Positions 24,896 through 37,598 of a DNA stretch of 63,870 nt are shown here, one piece after another. The DNA is taken from the NCBI RefSeq assembly GCF_000002075.1, contig NW_004797831.1:131-64000 (forward strand). Direction: 5' to 3'. Source of the stretch: Aplysia californica (taxonomy: Eukaryota). Below the pieces are notes generated by a model. The model did not search any database, was not told the origin of the DNA, and saw only the letters and a program-made list of their open reading frames with translations. The number at the start of each line of letters is the position of its first letter. Position 1 is the stretch's first letter. The translations under genes were made by a program, and so were the position numbers.

Positions 24896-27849
24896 ATGGG
24901 GATCCCGAATATGTTTGCATTGGCGCAAGTTATCCTGTACATTGTGACTTTCATTTTGTCATTTTTCGTTTGCGTCCCTGCTGGGGTGAACGTTGACGAT
25001 TTTAACGGACACTGTCTTCTGTACGCGTCTGGAGACTGGACAGTTGAACAGTCAGGCCCTTTCATTGGGAACATAAGCTGGGGGCAAGATAGTGCGTGTA
25101 ATTTCACTATTTTCATTGGAGTTATGTCCTTAATGATGGCTCTGTTTTATTCCTTCTGGACATCGATTTTGCTCGCAAGGGGAATGGAGAGGTAAGACAC
25201 TAGTGTCAGTTTGTCAGTCAAGTCCGCCAAAAGCATCTTAAATTGTAATGTATGAAAACGCCTAAATGTTGACAGTCATAATGGACATCAATGACAATTG
25301 GCAATTGGCAATGGCAATGGTCAACATCAACAAGTATGACCGGTAAATTTTTACTTTCACTCCCGCACACAGATGCACTGTTTCAGGGGTCAAACTGCTG
25401 TACTGTTTGCTGCAGATCACACATAAAGCCACTAAAACTGTCGCAAATCAATTATTTTCAAGACAATTTCAAATCTAACTGTAAAATATCAAATTATGGG
25501 TGTAAAAACAGGGGGGCATGCCCCCCTGTAACCCCCCAGATTTTCTTTTACCCCAGTGGGGCAGGCCCCCCTGGAATCCCCCGATTGGTCCAAAGCATGT
25601 CTATCTCGGTTAAAATCAATCAAATATTTCAAAAAACATTAATTTGCGACGGAAATGAAGTTGATATTCGTGTTCAGCGCATCAATATTTAGTAGAAAAT
25701 AGACAACTGGTAGCTGAGTGTGAGACGGGAGGGAAAGTAAAAAAATACCGTATGACCCCCCCCCCTCCCCATTTCCCCATTTCTTCAGATTCTTTTACCC
25801 CCCCCCCCCCACACACACACACACTCACACTGACACACACATTTGATGCATTAAAATTTTAAAATTTAATCTGTGGTCCCTTCCTTTTATGCCGTTACAT
25901 GCTTTGGCTTTACACACTATTGAACTCTGTTCGCCTACCTACACTACAATAATTGAAGGTAGATAGAGGCCTGTATAATATCATATATGATAGTGCAGAT
26001 TGTAATCAGTATTCGTTAAAGTTATGAAGGCCTTTTGCATCTTGGCGGAATATACTCAAAGTACTACGTCATGAGTGACTTATTGGAAGGACTTCCGTAA
26101 CGAGCGACCACTATGAGACAGAGCAGAATTTAGGGGTAGGGTTTGGGGTAGGGTTAGGGTTAGGTCTAGGCCTCTTCTTTATTGTGTTTGATGGGGTGGT
26201 CGCTCGTTACTGAAGTCCTTCTGATTTATTATATTAAAAGTTTTTCTTGGGTGGTAGACATTGACTATCTATATATAGCGAGGAAGTAGATTGCCCAAAT
26301 AACTCTTTCCCTCCCTTCTGATCTTGACTTCCTTGATCATGCTCCAAAGGAGAGACATCATCAGTATTCGGGATCAAAAAGATGTAAGGGTGTGTTTTCT
26401 GAGTTGTTTTTTTTGCTAGATCTCAGGAGTAGTTGGCTACTGGTTACTCAACTTGCATTATTGCCACTGATTTTTACGTTCATAATAATTATATGTGACC
26501 TTTTTCCCTACTCAGTTAGGTCCCTTGCCTTCTAGTCAGACAGTCGCTTTCTGATTTCGAAGGTATTCTACATGATGTTTTTATATTTTATCGACTAGAG
26601 TGCTTTCAGTTTTGGTAGGAGGAATTACTTTTCAATTTTGCCCGGGTGGTGATCGAAACCTACTCTTATCGAGTTTAGGACCACCAAGGGATCTTTTAAA
26701 CGTGCAGCTTGCACATGGGACCTCTGAGATTTTCTGACTCTCATTCGAGAAGGCTGAGTCATACAACTTACCTACTCTAAGATCAGGGTTGCAGTTGAAA
26801 GACAGCAGTAAAAAGGAGCCAGGAGTATCAGAAGAAAGAGACTTTAGGAGCTCAGAGAAGCACAGGGGAAGGGTGGTAGTGGTGGAAGGGGGGGGGGGGT
26901 TGTCAAAAAGTGGAAATGAAAGTAGGTGATTGAACATGACTAATTGTCAGCAAGGTTGAGTTGGGAATGTTACGCTGGTGGCTAATCTCATATTTTGAAA
27001 TTTTTTTTCTCATATACCTCTTCTTTCTTCTTTCAGTAAGTGCAGTTTGAGCTGCTGGCTGCAGGCATTATAGTCTTGTACTTTCTCTTCAACATCGTCA
27101 ATTTGCCTCAGACTTAAAGACACACTGCTTACAAGTTAAAAATATATATTTCCTTTGTCTTAGTTTGTTTGCTCAAAAGTTTTTCTCTGCAGAAGTCTGA
27201 TGTTGAACTATTCTCTCAGTGAAACCATCTTTCATTCTTGTTGGGGCTTCAGACCAGTCATGGAGAGTTGTGGTTAAATAAAATAGAAGCTAAACTAAAT
27301 GAGAGAAAAAGAGAAAACTCCGATCAAACATTATACAATTCATTCATCCAGTGCCAGATCTGTGACAGACATCGGCGATCCTGGTTCTCCATTCATTCCT
27401 TTGCTCGGACTGATCTTTCCCCGTTCCCCATTTGTTTAGGTTCCCTAAGTTAAAGCAGGTTGCTCTGGGCCTACCCCTGCCTCATTTGCCTTCAATTTTG
27501 TCAGTGAGAGCTAGATATTCAAGACCTATCCTATTTATACAATACTCTGGGTCAATGTGGAGGCTGCACCTACTTTTGTCTGTTGCTGGAAATATTTTAT
27601 AGGGCCCGTGTGCTCACTTGAACTGGCATGCATCAATCAAAGACTCAAACCTACCTTCTCTCACAAATGTACATGCAAAGTTTAGTCATTATATGGGCAC
27701 TGGCACTCTTACACATTCACATTCATAAGCACACATAAAGGCTTGCAATGACACTGATAAACACTCTACTGTAAGCTCGCCAAAAAACATCGTAATATAA
27801 CATGCTACAAAGATGCACAAAACACACTAATCTCTTGCCGCAAACAAAA

Positions 27850-27906
<57 letters not shown>

Positions 27907-30651
27907 GCACACACGTATGTTTTATTTTTTAAAATGCAGGCATTGAAAAAAAGGAAACTATGTACTTGTATTCTGTTACAACACATGAATTAATTGATTT
28001 TGTTATTGCCTGCCAACATGAGTCACGCACTACTTTTTGAAGCAAAAAAGTAAACCATCTATGAAAACCCAGAGTCCTCTTCTTGTGAGGGAGTAAAAAC
28101 ACCAGTACTTTTTGTTACAATAATAATATAATGATAATAGCAACAACAGTGTATCTGTGGGTGGTTGGTGGGTGCTCTGTTGTGGTTTGCTCCTTCTTTG
28201 TTATCAAACATCTATCATCCTTATCTCTCCTCCTTTTTGGTGTATGTTACTCTCTTGTAACACATCTATTCTTCGGCACTTGTTACTTGTGTGAAGGACC
28301 GACATCACTACACAAGGGGCATCCCCATAAGCGCTCCGTCCCCTGAAGAAGCACATCTCGAAGTGTGTAGATGCTGACGGTTCCAAGCAATGTTTAATTC
28401 CATAGTATAGCCTTCTGCTCCTCCCACTAAGTCTTGATTTTCTGCAGGCGCCCCATCCAACTCCAAGCTCACGAAGTCGCTCAAGATGATGGTATTCCGA
28501 CTCTTCTTGTTCTTTTTCTCGTTTTTCCCTGACTGAACGCACAATTTCAGGTTTGTCAGGGCACAGCTTCCCTTCGGGTTTTGCTTTCCCAGTGAGCTCA
28601 TCAGCCCACTCATTGCTCTTGACTCCAGCATGGCCCGGGGTGAAGCGCAAAGTCCAGAGCTTTATAAATAGAGTCTATTGTGTAAAAGAGTTGACAACAT
28701 TATGGCCCCAAAATGGTTTTCATTTCACTAAATACCATGCTTAATTAGTGTGTTTAATTGTCTGTTTATATATACTCATACTGTGCCCATTTGTTGCGTT
28801 TTGAAGTGTTAAAAGTGTGTTCTGTTCTATGCGTTTGCAGTTCTTGGTTGGACTCGTTTTTGAACCTGATCGTCAACTCTGCCATGTCCATCTGTATCTT
28901 CTCCACGGCGCTCACGGTGAGCGTGGGCTTCCACGACTGGTGTGAGCTCATCACAGACGCAAAGTCGGGGATTGAGCGGTGTGTATAACTGGATCAGGGT
29001 TCACTTTGCTCACCTCTCTAGCCTCAACGATGTAAAATTTGGGGGTCATGTATTTTATCAGGGTTTTTTTACAATTTTAAATCATATTCAGTTCTTAAAT
29101 GTTTTTAAAGCAGAAACTTAACTGTGAATGTGAAGTATTTAGACCAGGCTTGGGAGAACTGCAGCCCGCATGCCATATTTGGCCCTTTATTATTTCTTCT
29201 GGCCGACAAGTCGACCCAGTAATTGATAATGAATGTTGCCCACAGTGAGTTGATAAATTATTGGAGAACAAAACAGTCCGTTTGGAAAGTTATAATCTAT
29301 AGTGCACGATCCAGCTTGAAGCGACGGATTAAATATTTAATCTCATGATGTGACCTTGAATGACATGATATGTCATATTACGCAATAATGTCAGTTTTAG
29401 TCTCACTTTTTAGAGCTCGGGTATTTCAACTGATCACGCTCAGTTTTCTCCTGCTTCGGTCCGCGAGATATTCGGAATCTCTTAATCCGACCTGCGACTC
29501 ATGAAACTTTGTCTGCAAATAAATGTATAACTCTGATATTAGTTGATATATGTAATCGTACTGTCCCTGTGATGGTTTTGAACTGAAGTTATTGGAGCCT
29601 GTGCCTTATGGGGATTTTCTCACCATGAGTAAGCATGACCCTTCTTGCCCATGCCTGATTTAGACCAATGTCATGCGATCGTGTCACTGCTACTCATATG
29701 AAAAAGTTTCAAAAAGTTTCTCAGGTTTTCAGCCCAAGTGAATGGTTGGCGGGTGCTCTGGTGTGGTTTGCTTCTTCTTTCCTATCAAACATCTATCGTC
29801 CTTATCTCCCCTTCTTCTTTTTTTATGTTTGTTACTCTCTTGTAACACCTCTAATCTTCTGGCGCTCATATGATCTTATGCAGTTGCGAACCCCATGAAA
29901 CTTCTACTAAAACTAAAAACACTTACTAAGACTAAAACTCTCAGCCCGAAGTGTACAGTTGTTAGCTGGTTCAAGTTCAAGTAACTCCTGCGCCCACTTG
30001 TGCTGCGAGATGTTGTTCTTGATTCTTTGTAAAGGATCACAGATTATTTGTAAAATTCTGTAAAATTCTTTTTATATACCGGTAATTATTCAGTTCTTAT
30101 AATAATATGTTGTGTGTCTGTTCATTCTACAGCTGTGAAGATGGCCAATATCGAGCCATATTTAGAGATGTCAACATCCAGCACAGTCATTATTTCACAC
30201 AGTGGCAATGTGCTCAGGTAACTCGCAGGTTTTTTTCCCCCTTCTAATTTTATGAGTGTAATATTTANNNNNNNNNNNNNNNNNNNNNNNNNNNNNNNNN
30301 NNNNNNNNNNNNNNNNNNNNNNNNNNNNNNNNNNNNNNNNNNNNNNNNNNNNNNNNNNNNNNNNNNNNNNNNNNNNNNNNNNNNNNNNNNNNNNNNNNNN
30401 NNNNNNNNNNNNNNNNNNNNNAGAGAGAGTGAGGTGGAGGGGGGGGGGGGAGAAAGAGAGAGAAAGTGAAAACGTGATTTTATGTGGGTGTGGACGGATG
30501 TGTGTGTGTGGATGGGTATGTGTGTAGCTATGTGTGTTTGCACTAGTATACTTGTGTTCGAGTTTCTACGAGTATGCTTCAGATGTTTTGCGTCTTTGGA
30601 AGTGACATGGAAAATCACCTGATGTTTTAAAAGTGTCACCTTTTCACAGAT

Positions 30652-30727
<76 letters not shown>

Positions 30728-31230
30728 CTCATGTCCTGTCTTGTGCGTGAGTGCACTTAACCTTTGTATCATCTACTGCCATTATAAACGACCAGGACAA
30801 AATTTCTCTATGCGAAATGAATAAAGATTGTCATGGTGCTCTGGTGTAGTTTGCTTCTTCTTTCCTGTCAAACATCTATCGTCCTTATCTCCCCTTCTTC
30901 TTTTTTATATTTGTTACTCTCTTGTAACACCTCTAATCTTCTGGCGCTCATATGACCTTATGCAGTTGGGAGCGCCGTAAAACCTCTACTAAAACTAAAA
31001 AGAAAAGATTGTCATTGTCATTATTAGATTTGTTTCTAAAGCTTGGTACATTTTTTTCTCTCTTCGTCCAGTTTGGCATCTGGTTCAGCTGGATGACCTG
31101 GCTAATCCTGGCCGTCATGTCCCTGGTCAGGATGTACAACTTCCACCGACAGGAAGCTTTCAGCGTCAGCATCAATCGCGAGCGGCAGCGACTTCTGCAG
31201 AAAGTAGGTCACGGAACAGAGCAGGCGTAA
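24896..31230 (+). CDS. TMEM179: Transmembrane protein 179 family, 4 coding exons, 225 aa
   Basis: Exons 24896-25191 (MGIPNMFALAQVILY..DFNGHCLLY..WGQDSACNF), 28841-28978 (SWLDSFLNL..VSVGFHDWC), 30133-30217 (CEDGQ..YFTQWQCAQ), 31072-31230 (FGIWFSWMTW..HRQEAF..*). GT-AG sites, phases 2/2/0, total 678 nt. Four hydrophobic segments and the motifs match TMEM179 as I recall it. Confidence 0.93.
26085..26221. mobile_element. MuDR-like MITE with internal (TAGGGT)n
   Basis: TIR GGAAGGACTTCCGTAACGAGCGACCAC and 9-bp TSD TGACTTATT/TGATTTATT. Another copy at 18327-18430 (degenerate 9-bp TSD) and a fragment at ~22545-22587. Confidence 0.72.
27851..27915. repeat. (CA)n microsatellite
   Basis: Direct reading. 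Confidence 0.95.
28273..28650 (-). mobile_element. 5'-truncated non-LTR retrotransposon (RNase H C-terminus, I/Ingi-group-like) in TMEM179 intron 1
   Basis: FTPGHAGVKSNEWADELTGKA matches the RNase H motif PGHAGI.GNE.AD..AK. A frameshift follows. The 3' end carries a CAAGTAACAAGT short-repeat tail. Confidence 0.8.
29738..29940 (+). mobile_element. Short ~190-bp retroelement (representative of a family with 9 or more copies in the window)
   Basis: GTGGGTGGTTGGCGGGTGCTCTGGTGTGG..GTTACTCTCTTGTAACACC..ATGACCTTATGCAGTTGCGAGCGCCGTAAAAC..ACTAAAACTAAA. Copies at ~28157-28275, 29738-29940, 30835-31000 and 35032-35220 (+), and ~5290-5337, 40770-40940, 48787-48963, 51395-51570 and 59825-59983 (-). TSDs are visible, e.g. 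TCTTTAGAA at 48778 and 48964. Confidence 0.85.
30655..30723. repeat. (GA)n microsatellite
   Basis: Direct reading. Confidence 0.95.
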
Positions 31231-32588
31231 ACTGGGAGGAGAGCGTTTCTCGTGTCGGAGCGAAACTTGCTGTGTTTGTTTGCTAGTGGGCAACTGCAGT
31301 CTGATGCGGATAACTCAAACATATCGGGGATTGACATATATATGGTCATTTTTAAGGACAAGCGGGCTAACCCAGATTTCGGGGGTTTCCAGAAATCTTG
31401 ACCTACACCAAAAGTGGGCATTGCCCTACACTAAAAGTGGGCATTGCCCTACCTATAGGACAAGTTTGGTTTCATTGGTGTGTATATTTGTTTTGTCATA
31501 GAGAAATTTCTCCTTGTCTTTTAAGGAATCTGAATAAGGATTCTAAAACTTTACCTTTGATTTTTCTCAAAACAGCATTTTTGGGGATAGCCGCCTTGTG
31601 CTTAATAAAAGCGACCATATGTGTTCACCACATCCATAATTTGGTTTAACTGATAACACAAATAAAGAGGTGTCGATAGGGGTGTGTCAAATTGTTGTCG
31701 ATAGGGGTGTGTCAAATTGTACGAGGTATCCATGATTTTGAGTTTTCCCACGTTCGTTTTATCTGTGCCCGACTGTATATACGGAAAGCTACAGGATCTT
31801 GTCTTTCAGCTGAATGCCTTTGCCTTTGATGTTTACTCGAACATTGACAGGGAAAATATGAGCAAGTAACCATGTCCACTCTTCACGTTGCCATATTTGG
31901 AAGTACCAGAAATTGCCTCAGCTCTTTTGCTCCCCCAGAAAGGTGCTAATGTCAATATGATATTATTATTCCAATATTATATAGTGATGATATTTGTGCA
32001 ACTTTGAATTGCAGCCAGATTTTAGACTTCCAGTTTTAGAGAACACTGATGCTTGTCTTTGGAGAATCTGAGAGATAACTTCTGGTGTCGACACTCAATG
32101 CAATGTGTTTTCATGTGGAAGTTATAATTTTGTCTACTTTCAGAGTGTACCCCAGCCAACTTTCATCTGATAAACTTGTAGCTCAAGAATAGGTTCTCAC
32201 TTTTTGAAAAGTATATCCTCTGAATTTCTTTTTTACTCATGACACTTTGTCTGTAAATGTATAACTCTGATATTAGCTGATATATATATATATCCGACCT
32301 GCGACTCATGAAACTTTGTCTGCAAATAAATGTATAACTCTGATATTTGTAGATATATGAAATCGTACTGTTCCTGTGATGGTTTGGAACTGAAGTTGTT
32401 GGAGCCAGTGCCTTATGGGGCTTTTTTCATCATAAGTAAGCATGACACTTGTTATTTTATAAATCTACATGGTCTGAATCTCCGTCTCAAATGAAATTCT
32501 TGTTATTTTTCAATATTGCAATATTTGTGTTTCAAAATAATGAACTGTTATTCTGGGGCAGGGAAGGAGAACAGCTTTTTAAAAAATA

Positions 32589-32764
32589 CAGTGCAGTCCT
32601 CTGAAACCGAACATGCACCAATCCGACTACAGCAGTAAACCAAAAGAAAATGAAACCCTCGATTTTTTCTTCTGCTATTTGAACAGCCTCTCTAAACTGA
32701 AAACCCAGCTAAACTGAAGAAAATCTGGTGGTCCCGTAGATTTCGGTTTAAGCGGACTCCATTG
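32589..32764. mobile_element. Tigger/pogo-like MITE, second family
   Basis: TA|CAGTGCAGTCCTCTGAAACC...GGTTTAAGCGGACTCCATTG|TA. Related partial copies at ~15950-16014 and ~60950-61130. Confidence 0.65.
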
Positions 32765-32797
32765 TAGATAAAACTGTGCTGCAGTTGATCAGTTCAT

Positions 32798-33070
32798 TAG
32801 TGCCTTAGACATCATTAGTCCTTCCAAGTAGTGTCTTAGACATCATTAGTCCTTCCAAGTAGTGTCTTAGACATCATTAGTCCTTCCAAGTAGTGCCTTA
32901 GACATCATCAGTGCTTATACATAGTGCCTTAGACATCATCAGTGCTTATACATAGTGCCTTAGACATCATCAGTGCTTATACATAGTGCCTTAGACATCA
33001 TCAGTGCTTATACATAGTGCCTTAGACATCATCAGCGCTTCCACATAGTGCCTTAGACATCATCAGTGTT
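32798..33070. repeat. Minisatellite, 31-bp unit, ~9 copies
   Basis: TAGTGCCTTAGACATCAT followed by TAGTCCTTCCAAG (first 3 units) or CAGTGCTTATACA-type (later units). Confidence 0.95.
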
Positions 33071-33249
33071 TCCTCGCTTACTTAGAGGTTACGGATACCA
33101 TGGACGTGGCTTACTGGATAGCGTTACAGGAATGAAAGTTACAGTCCAGACTTTGCCAGTTGATTGCTGCAGATGCTGAGCCATTGCGTCTGTGGTTGGT
33201 GAAGTCTGTGTGTTATGACATCTGAGCTGAAGGATTTCATTGAACTGTA

Positions 33250-33434
33250 CAGTGCAGCCTCTCTATAATGACATCGTCGAGAGCAGAAAAAGTGTCGTTA
33301 TAGAGAGTTGTAGTTATAGAGAGGCAACCAAAAATATTACTAATGATATATAAGGAAAAAATCGGGACCTGGGCACCATGTGGCTATACAGAGGATGTCG
33401 TTATATTGAAGGTCGTTATAGAGAGGATGCACTG
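33250..33434. mobile_element. Short Tigger/pogo-like MITE (same family as 5732-5886)
   Basis: CAGTGCAGCCTCTCTATAA...TTATAGAGAGGATGCACTG, with internal sequence shared with 5732-5886. Confidence 0.8.
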
Positions 33435-35660
33435 GATGTTAAAAGAGGCAGAAGCATAAGAAATGTGTAAATCGGCCAAATAAGTGGGTAGGGACAATCC
33501 TTTTATTGAAGGGCAAATATATATAAATAATGGCACGTATTACATAAAAGTAGGCTGTAAATTTCTACGTATTGAGGAATAAAAATAAGAGTCCAGGAAA
33601 AAAAAACTTGCTTGAATTCATTTTTTTAAAGTTTTTGTTTTTGGATGGTTGCTGTATTTTTCAACAACAGTATAGAATTTTGCAATATGTCAACATAGGC
33701 TTCCTCAGGAGCAAACATATTTTTGTGATAATCATCTCATAACTATTGACTCGGACCAGTAGCATCACTTCATGATTAGAAACAAAAACATCAGCTGCTG
33801 CTTACTAAAGTTTTGTGTTCTTATTCTTATGCACAGACATTTTAAAAATACTGCCGTCAACAGTGTCTAATGTAGTGGAAGAAGTTTTGAGAACTTAGAT
33901 AGCACCTGCTGAATGCTTTTATTTTCCTCTTTTTTATTGCACTCAAAACTTTCTTTTATAAAGCTTCTAGTTTTTTTAATTATATAGGGAGAAGATTCAT
34001 CTATTTCTGTTATTTACCTCTTGCCCCTTGGCTTTGCCTCTCTCTGTTATTTGTATCTGTCTCACTCTCACTTCCAATGTGTTGTATTCAGTCATTTGGC
34101 ATAAATTTTATTCCAATGTGTTGTATTCAGTCATTTGGCATACATTTTTTTCAGTTCTGACACGCATATTATGTTCTCTTCATTACTTCATTTGACCTAT
34201 TTTAAATGCCTCCCGTTCTATAATGATTAACAATAAAATATTGCCTTTAAAAATATTGCCTTTATTTCCCTATCCGTATAAAAATTTGCACATTTACATC
34301 TGCTACTGCGTAATATTTTATATTATTGGTGTATAAAAATGTTGTTGAGAATTTGTTTATAAAAATCTTATTTGTGTTATTTAAATTCCACTGCTTTCCT
34401 TCATATATGATCATTTCCCCTGTTCCAGCTGTTTAAAAAAAAATAAGTTGTGCCATTTTTTCATAGTATGAACTTCCATTTATAAAAAAAGAATAGAGTC
34501 CATCTCTATTGTTGATTAAAGTGTGTGGGTAGATTTGGTGAGACAAACACTACCTGTTTTGTTCATTGATAGTGTTGTTTGTGCGAGTTATTCTTTATAA
34601 AATAGAAGTATGAAAAAAATAGTTGTTTAGTGTGTGTGTGTGTGTTGATAATTTGTATTCATGTGAAATTCAACCCACCAACTGCGTTGAGACTGTAATA
34701 GCTTTATCCTGGGATGTAATTTGATAGAACTGACATCCCAGCGTTATCATTGATTTTATGTAGATTTACTCTTGCCAGCAGAGCTCATTGCCAGGTCCTA
34801 ATGAGGGTGGGCTGTAGCAGCTGTGACAGGTGTGTGGCTGGCGTGTCAGGGAGGCGAGTGGGTACACACCTGGTGCTACCCGAGGGTCGTGACGCGACGC
34901 GACCGATGTGTTGTTATTGCAACACAATGGTGGTTGCTTCATAATGTAGTCAAGATCTTTTCCTCCTATTTTCTGACATTTGAGTTGAGTCACACTACAG
35001 TAGGCTTACTGTTGAGAACTAGATCCGCGAGGTGGGTGGTTGGCAGGTGCTCTGGTGTGCTTTGCTCTTTCTTTCCTGTCAATTATCTATTATCCTTATT
35101 AAATATCTCTCCTCCTTCTTTTAGTTATATGTTACTCTCTAGTAAACTCCTATAATCTGGGGCACTTTTATGACCTAATTGTGTTGCAAATGCTATAAAA
35201 CTTGTACGAAAACTAAAAAGAAAAAAAAAGATCCTCAAGTATCTACTGTTGACTTGAAGTGAAAGTTAAAGTAGCTGTTAATTATAGTCATAGTCTTGTG
35301 TACCTACCAGCTGATAACCCACACGACTCCACAGTTACTTGTTTGGCTGGCCTGATTGTTCCAGCTTACCATCTGTCTTGGGGGGGGGGGGAGGGGGGAT
35401 GTAAAGTGTGACAGACAGATGCTTTAAACATCATTCACATTACATATATGAACAATCTTTTCTGCATAATGTTCTGTTGTTATGTGCAGTGCTGCACTGA
35501 CATGACATGGCAAAATAAAAAACTCTTGCATGTTTAGTTTAGAGAGAGAGAGAGAGAGAGAGCAAGAGAGTGTATCACTAGTCCAATATTGTGAGTACAG
35601 CTGACAGTGTAGGGGGACATTGTGAGCCTTTTGTTTCATGGGACAAAAGAGTCATTTGTG

Positions 35661-36180
35661 TCGATGGTGCTAGCAGTTGTTGTAGTTAGCAATAGGCTGT
35701 TTCATCGATGGTGCTAGCAGTTGTTGTAGTTAGCAATAGGCTGTTTCATCGATGGTACTAGCAGTTGTTGTAGTTAGCAATAGGCTGTTTCATCGATGGT
35801 GCTAGCAGTTGTTGTAGTTAGCAATAGGCTGTTTCATCGATGGTGCTAGCAGTTGTTGTAGTTAGCAATAGGCTGTTTCATCGATGGTGCTAGCAGTTGT
35901 TGTAGTTAGCAATAGGCTGTTTCATCGATGGTGCTAGCAGTTGTTGTAGTTAACAATAGGCTGTTTCATCGATGGTGCTAGCAGTTGTTGTAGTTAACAA
36001 TAGGCTGTTTCATCGATGGTGCTAGAAGTTGTTGTAGTTAGCAATAAGCTGTTTCATCGATGGTGCTAGCAGTTGTTGTAGTTAGCAATAGGCTGTTTCA
36101 TCGATGGTGCTAGCAGTTGTTGTAGTTAACAATAGGCTGTTTCATCGATGGTGCTAGAAGTTGTTGTAGTTAGCAATAAG
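35661..36180. repeat. Minisatellite, 44-bp unit, ~12 copies
   Basis: TCGATGGTGCTAGCAGTTGTTGTAGTTAGCAATAGGCTGTTTCA in tandem; copies are near-identical. Confidence 0.97.
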
Positions 36181-36656
36181 CTTGTGTTTGAAGGCTTGTG
36201 ACACCCAAAGAAACAATTTTCTCTGCTGTAGAGGTTTTGTTTTGTATAAATTTTGAACACGGTGAGTTTAGCCAATACCCAACCACAAGGGTAATTAATG
36301 TATGCGTTGGCAACAGAAAGTAAACTATTAATAAGCGACTTTACATATTATTTAATGAACACAAATAATTTTTATTTGTTCCATCCTCCATTCCATCCTC
36401 CATTAAAGCATAGATCGAAATGGTAGTGTTTAATGGGACAAGCAGAGTTAGTGTTTTGGGTGGAGACTGCTCTGAAAAATTGGATAAAATTCTGTGACTC
36501 TTAATGACAAGTGTGATCCGTGATCCAGCATGCAGACAGTTTTAGAGTAGAAAGAACCTGGATAGGGCCGCTGAAATTTGAGGCAAGTTGTGGCTGGCTA
36601 TGAGACATACGTGTAGCATGGACGCTACAATAGGAGATTTCTGTGGTTGGTTTCAC

Positions 36657-36855
36657 ATTGATGTTCTCAGAATACAATTTTATTGATGTTCTCAGAATGC
36701 AATTTTATTGATGTTCTCAGAATGCAATTTTATTGATGTTCTCAGAATGCAATTTTATTGATGTTCTCAGAATGCAATTTTATTGATGTTCTTAGAATGC
36801 AATTTTATTGATGTTCTCAGAATGCAATTTTATTGATGTTCTCAGAATACAATTT
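36657..36855. repeat. Minisatellite, 25-bp unit, ~8 copies
   Basis: ATTGATGTTCTCAGAATGCAATTTT in tandem. Confidence 0.95.
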
Positions 36856-37217
36856 GTTGTCATGTCAGAGACTAAGAGGAAGAGATAGATAGATACACTT
36901 GTGTCCTTTCCTCCCAAAATTGTACGTAGTATGAATTGGTCAAACAATGGAATGGAATATTTATCCTTACTTGCACTGTTGTAGGTTAGAGGCTTGAGGA
37001 TTAGTAATGCATTAGTTTGAAATGAATGTTTTTGTTATTGCGCTTGAAAAATGGGTCTTGTATATGGGCTGTGCGTATTTATCTGTGCTTTAAAGTTTGA
37101 TAATATAGTGTTTTTCTCAGACAAGAGTTAGGTTATTTTGTATTTTCTATTGTTAGAAGAGTACAAGTGTCTGTGATTTATACACTTTCCCCTTCCATGA
37201 TTTTTAAACATTTTAAT

Positions 37218-37248
<31 letters not shown>

Positions 37249-37360
37249 NNNNNNNNNNNNNNNNNNNNNNNNNNNNNNNNNNNNNNNNNNNNNNNNNNNN
37301 NNNNNNNNNNNNNNNNNNNNNNNNNNNNNNNNNNNNNNNNNNNNNNNNTATATATATATA

Positions 37361-37598
37361 TGTGAGACGTGCTTACAAAATGAGTTACTTCTCGCTATCC
37401 ACATATGGAGATATTGGCCAAAAATCGACACTTGGGTCAAATTTGTAGATTTCTTATTGATGTCATATTTTTAAAGTACAACACGCCCTTTATGATTTCA
37501 TACTTATAAATAGTAATAACTTCACCTATAAGCGTGATGTATCTATTTCCATGGAGATAAAATTGGAGAAGTTACTTATTTTGTCAGCACGCTTCACA
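37361..37598. mobile_element. MITE with TGT...ACA termini
   Basis: TIR ~TGTGAGGCGTGCTGACAAAATGAGTTACTTCT. Second copy at 52631-52870. Confidence 0.78.

Noticed and set aside
24757-25116. 119-aa minus-strand ORF
   Set aside because: Antisense to TMEM179 exon 1 with no independent support.
32798-33070. Constant 18-mer plus variable 13-mer superficially resembles a CRISPR array
   Set aside because: The variable parts are near-identical variants, not unique spacers. The context is eukaryotic and there are no cas genes.
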